Source: an uncultured Candidatus Binatia bacterium (GTDB lineage Bacteria > Desulfobacterota > Binatia > UBA9968 > CAXXLF01). From it: a stretch of 64,000 nt of DNA. Location: positions 4,160,001 to 4,224,000 of the forward strand of contig OZ244621.1 of NCBI GenBank assembly GCA_965218425.1, given 5' to 3'. Of this stretch, positions 59,741 through 64,000 are shown in pieces (the first letter of the stretch is position 1; the number at the start of each line of letters is the position of its first letter). The notes beneath the pieces are model-generated. The model was not told where the DNA came from, made no database searches, and saw nothing but the letters and a program-made list of their open reading frames with translations. Both the position numbers and the translations under genes were made by a program.

Positions 59741-60856
59741 ATGGCAAAAAACGGTTCAAAGATCCTCGACAGTGATATGCATGTGTTTGAGCCCCCTGAC
59801 CTGTACTTGAAATACATGGATCCTAAATGGGGGGACCGCATCCCCAGGGCGGAGCCCAGGAAAAAGCACGGGGCGACCCGGTACAGGCTGGGGGATGGAA
59901 CACCCATCCGATCCCCCAGTCGTGCGGTTGTTTTCCATGAAGAGAAAAACGCCCACCGTTACGACAAACCCCTAAGTAGGAACTATGACCCGGCTTCCCA
60001 ACTCGACGCCATGGACGTGGAGGGCCTGGACGCGGCGGTACTATTCCGCACCTCCCCCTTACATACCGACGAGACCTTCGAGGCAGAGTACGCCAATGAC
60101 CTCTGTCGTGCTTGGAACAGTTGGATGAGCGACTTTTGTAAGGAAGATCCTAAAAGGCTCATGGGTTCAGCGTTGATTACTCTGCACGATGTAAACCTTG
60201 CCGTGGAGGAAGCGCGACGGGCGGTTAAGGAATTGGGCGCGGTGGGTTTGTCCCTGTGCCCGGAGCCCATCAACGGTAGGCAAATCCACGACTTCTACTT
60301 TGATCCGCTATGGGCGGAGGCAGAGCGGTTAGGAGTACCCATTTGTTTTCATCCACCCGCCAACCCCAACCAGCTTCAGGTCTCACAGCGTTTCAAAGGT
60401 CATCCCAATCAAGACCTTCTGGTCAATCCACTTCGCAACCCCGTTGAACTGATATTGGCCGTTAGCAGCTTCTGCGCCGGCGGAGTTCTAGAGCGGTTTC
60501 CCAAGATGAATGCGGCTTTTCTCGAAGGGAACTGTGCCTGGCTTCCCTGGCTGCTCTATCGCCTTGATGAATACTGGGAGATCCAGGGGGCCTTGGCCGA
60601 TGTACCGCTTTGCCAAAAGCCGAGCAAGTATTTCCACCAGCAGTGTTTCATTTCGGTGGATGTGGACGAAAGCCTGGTGGTGAAGGTCATTGATTATCTA
60701 GGCGACGACAATATCGTGTTCTCCACCGATTACCCGCACATCGACTCCTGCTGGCCCCACGCAGTGGATAATTTTATGTCTCTTCAGGGGATATCCGAGG
60801 AGTCCAGGCGAAAAATCCTGTGGGACAACTGCGCCAGGCTCTATAACCTTGCATAA
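59741..60856 (+). CDS. Amidohydrolase_2 family protein
   Basis: LDSDMHVFEP, ICFHP, FLEGNCAWLP, STDYPH.D. Paralog of 11428. Confidence 0.92.
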   Translation: MAKNGSKILDSDMHVFEPPDLYLKYMDPKWGDRIPRAEPRKKHGATRYRLGDGTPIRSPSRAVVFHEEKNAHRYDKPLSRNYDPASQLDAMDVEGLDAAVLFRTSPLHTDETFEAEYANDLCRAWNSWMSDFCKEDPKRLMGSALITLHDVNLAVEEARRAVKELGAVGLSLCPEPINGRQIHDFYFDPLWAEAERLGVPICFHPPANPNQLQVSQRFKGHPNQDLLVNPLRNPVELILAVSSFCAGGVLERFPKMNAAFLEGNCAWLPWLLYRLDEYWEIQGALADVPLCQKPSKYFHQQCFISVDVDESLVVKVIDYLGDDNIVFSTDYPHIDSCWPHAVDNFMSLQGISEESRRKILWDNCARLYNLA

Positions 60857-60976
60857 TCCTGTGGTTGTCTGCTACTAGTGCTTGACGGGTCTTTCCCATG
60901 TGATAGGGCTGCTTTCCAATAGCCTCCCCCAGCTTTGACAGGCTTGCAGTGATTTCTGAGGTCATAGAGGGGGAAA

Positions 60977-61223
60977 TGATTCTTCTACAAAAGGTCAGTC
61001 ATCCACGTGAATTTTATTCGCCAGGGTGTGCTGGCTTTGCAGTGGGACGCCTGAGCAGTCTTTTCGCGTGGACGTTACGGAGATGGGCAAGGTCCATGAA
61101 ACACAGATGCGCCGGCCGGGGGTTGAATACATGATGATCGTTCATGACCCGGAACTCCAGAAAAAGCGTCCCGAGGCAGAGAAATTCGTGGAGCAGCTTT
61201 ACAGCAAGCGCCAAGGCGGATAG
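60977..61223 (+). pseudogene. Possible decayed small (lipo)protein gene
   Basis: SD GAGGGGG plus ATG. PGCAGFAVG and TPEQSFRVDVTEMG... lie in different frames. Confidence 0.25.
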
Positions 61224-61254
61224 AGACATCCGCAGAATTATTGAGGAGTAATCG

Positions 61255-61345
61255 TAGTCCTATTGTCAGTGGTTCGTCGTCGGTTCCCCGTACGCTTTGC
61301 ACTCTGCGCCATGCGTTTTGCAGCTCTGCGTAAATCTGCGGTTAA
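61255..61345 (+). repeat. Mosaic spacer
   Basis: GTAGTCCTATTGTCAGTGGT, TACGCTTTGCACTCTGCGCCATGCG, TCTGCGTAAATCTGCGGTT. Confidence 0.7.
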
Positions 61346-61403
61346 GTATCCAGGCCTGACTTCGGTGAGGTAGTCCTTGTTCGTCTTGCACCCCGCGTTA
61401 GGC

Positions 61404-62192
61404 TCACGGCTTGTTTTCGAACCCTTGACCTCCCCCGAGTCGCTCTTCCAAACGCGCCAGGGATTCCCGGATATCCGTTAGATCGTCCCTTTCCTGAGTT
61501 GCGGCAGACTGAAGGTTGCTAACGATCACGCCGACGAAGAAGTTGAGCGTGACGAAAGTCCCAAACAGGATGAAGGTGACAAAGTAAATCCAGGCAAAGG
61601 GAGCATGGGGTAACACTTCTTCCATGATCGTGATCCACCCCTCAAGGGTGATCACGCTGAAGAGCGTTAGAACGCTCTGATGCAAAGTAGCGAAATACTT
61701 GGGCGAGATCTCGTTGAAAAGGGAAGTACCAATGGCGGCGTAAACGTACATGAGAAGTCCAAGAAGCATAGCGATGTGACCGAGCGAGGGGAGGCTTCGG
61801 AGCAGCGCGGTCACGATTGTTTGAAGGTTCGGGAGCACGCTCACCGCGCGCAGCACTCTCAATATCCTGAATAGCCGGGCCACGGTAAAAAACTGCGAGG
61901 CGGGAAGATACCCTGTGGCGACGATGACGAGATCGAATACATTCCAGCCGTTCTTGAGGAATACGGCTGGCGAGCCGACGGCCACAAGGCGGAGACTCAG
62001 TTCGAGAGTAAAAAGATAAAGGATCGTGCGATCCGCTAGATCCAGGAGCCACCCAAAGTCGGCCGCAACCTGGGGGTAGGTTTCCAGCCCGACGATGACG
62101 GCGTTCAGGACGATCAAAGAGATTACCACCCGGTGAAAAAACACGGACTCGACAATCGACTCCACCCGGCTTGCCGCAACAGCTTTGTTCAT
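61404..62192 (-). CDS. Bacterial voltage-gated cation channel (BacNav-like, 6TM)
   Basis: S3 WNVFD, S4 RLFRILRVLR, pore filter TLEGW, S6 FVTLNFFVGVIV. Confidence 0.92.
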   Translation of the reverse strand: MNKAVAASRVESIVESVFFHRVVISLIVLNAVIVGLETYPQVAADFGWLLDLADRTILYLFTLELSLRLVAVGSPAVFLKNGWNVFDLVIVATGYLPASQFFTVARLFRILRVLRAVSVLPNLQTIVTALLRSLPSLGHIAMLLGLLMYVYAAIGTSLFNEISPKYFATLHQSVLTLFSVITLEGWITIMEEVLPHAPFAWIYFVTFILFGTFVTLNFFVGVIVSNLQSAATQERDDLTDIRESLARLEERLGGGQGFENKP

Positions 62193-62266
62193 CTCGCTAG
62201 TTTCCTCCTACGGAACCAGATCAGAGTAAGGAACCGGCTACCTTTTAATGACTTATGACCGATCGG

Positions 62267-63394
62267 TCAGGTACCCTGGTCGGACCCGGCGCACTGATCA
62301 ACAGAGAGTCCATAGAAGCGCGCCGAGTTGGAGAAAAGGATCGCGTTCTTGTCCTCCCTCGTAAGCCCCGGGTACTCCAGGAGCTCCCCGAGTTCGGCCC
62401 GGCAGGTCTTCGCATCCACTTCGTGTGGATAGTCGGAGGAAAAAATAAAAGGCTTATTACCGACCAGACGGATTGCATCACCGATTGTCAACTCGTTCCC
62501 TTCGATTCCGATGAAGATTCTCCCCTCGTTGATGTGGCGAATAATGTAGTCCCCCATGGTCTCCCCGTCCCGAAGCTTCAAGAAGCGACCGCGCGGATCG
62601 AACTGCACGTGACTGGCCCAGGACTTGGTGAAGCGCTCCATACATGTTAGCAGCCAGGCGCAACCCGCTTCAAGAAAGCCGATACGCACCCCGGGGAATT
62701 TGTCGAAGATGCCGTTAAAGATGATGCCGGCGAAGTTAACCATTTGACCAAAGGGATGGCCCAACGCGTTCACCGGTGCGTAAGGACTCATGTCATCCAT
62801 CTGCATGCCTTCGTGTGAGCCGCCGTGAACGCCCAGCGCGCATCCGAGGCGCTGGGCCTCCTCATATATGGGCCAGAACTGCTCGGAGCCAAGGTGGGAC
62901 ATGTTTGCCCCTGTGGATGGAAGCATGGCCCCACACATCCCCAGCTCTTGCACGATCCGCCTTAGCTCGTCCACCGCCTTGTGGGGCTCCTGGTAGGGAA
63001 TAAGTCCCATGGCGCGAAAACGCTGGCTCTTGGACAAGTAGGTATCGCAGATCCAATCGTTGTACGCATGGGCGAGCTCGATGGCCCAGTCCCGACTCAC
63101 GATTTTTCCGAAGCTCAGGCCCGCGCTGGTGTAGAGCACTGTGGATTCGATGCCCACTTCATTGAGAAACACTTCCCAACCTTCACACCCCACATTGGCG
63201 AAGGCGCCTCGGGGAGTGAAGTGACGGTTTGCCGAGTGCAGGTGGTCCACAGGCGGAAAAGGGTTACGGCCCCTCATGTCAGAGAAGCTGCGACCGACAT
63301 ACTCCTGCGGCATATACTTCCAGATTGAGACGAGGTCCTCCATCACGTGACCATCGCCGTCGATGATCCTTTGGCTATTATGCGAACTCTTCAT
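62267..63394 (-). CDS. Amidohydrolase_2 family protein
   Basis: IDGDGHVME, LGVHGG, FLEAGCAW, SSDYPHE. Confidence 0.92.
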   Translation of the reverse strand: MKSSHNSQRIIDGDGHVMEDLVSIWKYMPQEYVGRSFSDMRGRNPFPPVDHLHSANRHFTPRGAFANVGCEGWEVFLNEVGIESTVLYTSAGLSFGKIVSRDWAIELAHAYNDWICDTYLSKSQRFRAMGLIPYQEPHKAVDELRRIVQELGMCGAMLPSTGANMSHLGSEQFWPIYEEAQRLGCALGVHGGSHEGMQMDDMSPYAPVNALGHPFGQMVNFAGIIFNGIFDKFPGVRIGFLEAGCAWLLTCMERFTKSWASHVQFDPRGRFLKLRDGETMGDYIIRHINEGRIFIGIEGNELTIGDAIRLVGNKPFIFSSDYPHEVDAKTCRAELGELLEYPGLTREDKNAILFSNSARFYGLSVDQCAGSDQGT

Positions 63395-63443
63395 TGTTTA
63401 ATCCCTCCCCAAGCCATAGGCCATCTTTTAGGCAATCCCACCG

Positions 63444-64000
63444 TCAGCCATTTCCCGGTACCGGCAGCTCGATTCTCATGCCGCGGCCATGCTCTCTTGC
63501 TTTCCGGTAAACGTGCATCGCTAGGGCGAGGTCAGCGGCTGCTGTGCCGTTGTTGTTCGCGTGGTAGGTTACCTGTTCGTCGTTTGTGCGGCCGGGAAAA
63601 CTGCCGTTCAGGATTTCGCCAAGCTCGTGAATCTTCTCCCAGGTGATGATACGGGCTTGCAGTGGATCCCAAAGACCCGCCTGCTGATCTTGAATCACCG
63701 ACTCGCGGTTATTCGTGACGATGAAGTCCGCCCGGCGAACAGTTTCGTCATCATTCTCACGGCGACCAGCCCCGATCCACCCACCTTTGACCAGCGCTAC
63801 GTTCGAGCCAACCACAGTGGTGATGTGTTGACCGGGTTCGATCCAACTACCGTCGAACACCGCTACGTTGCTGTTGGTTGCGCACACCACGATGTCCACT
63901 CCACGCATGACCTCCCTTGGACTACTCACCGGACTCATCGGCGTCTCGATCAATGGACTCATCCGTTCGCAAAAGGCGCGCCGGTTTTCCGGATTGCGGC
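63444..64000 (-). CDS. Ornithine cyclodeaminase / mu-crystallin family protein, C-terminal part (5' end outside the window)
   Basis: DIVVCATNSN..VFDG.WIEPG.H, RE.DDETVRRAD, PGRT.DEQVT. Paralog of 10253. Confidence 0.88.
   Translation of the reverse strand, partial: RNPENRRAFCERMSPLIETPMSPVSSPREVMRGVDIVVCATNSNVAVFDGSWIEPGQHITTVVGSNVALVKGGWIGAGRRENDDETVRRADFIVTNNRESVIQDQQAGLWDPLQARIITWEKIHELGEILNGSFPGRTNDEQVTYHANNNGTAAADLALAMHVYRKAREHGRGMRIELPVPGNG

Noticed and set aside
701..61345. Spacer repeats as a CRISPR array or integron attC sites
   Set aside because: No regular repeat-spacer period and no cas genes. The modules are non-palindromic and lack RYYYAAC/GTTRRRY paired ends, the genes face both ways with their own promoters, and there is no integrase.

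Overview
Bacterial accessory-type region. It starts inside an ABC-F uup gene and then runs as a patchwork of one-gene and short-operon units in both orientations. Gene content: 10 amidohydrolase_2 paralogs, 3 ornithine cyclodeaminase/mu-crystallin proteins, 7 solute-binding proteins (mostly orphan), 3 MFS transporters, 2 xanthine-dehydrogenase-family Mo subunits, a TPP decarboxylase alpha/beta pair, a MetE-like enzyme, MsrB, UspA, a GH63 hydrolase, a BacNav-like channel, one DDE insertion sequence and about 9 decayed genes. This content is reminiscent of Ca. Binatia/deltaproteobacteria-like genomes, which is an inference only. No rRNA, tRNA, CRISPR or integrase was seen. The most unusual signal is non-coding. 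About 18 intergenic spacers are mosaics of a small alphabet of degenerate 6-7 nt tandem-repeat modules, some recurring as 25-80 bp homologous blocks in conserved order. Almost all are pyrimidine-rich on the + strand regardless of the flanking gene orientation. They sometimes supply gene stop codons or tails, and the IS is inserted at the end of the longest one. An exact 14-mer promoter motif is also shared by three amidohydrolase genes. All calls are by eye; no database searches were run.
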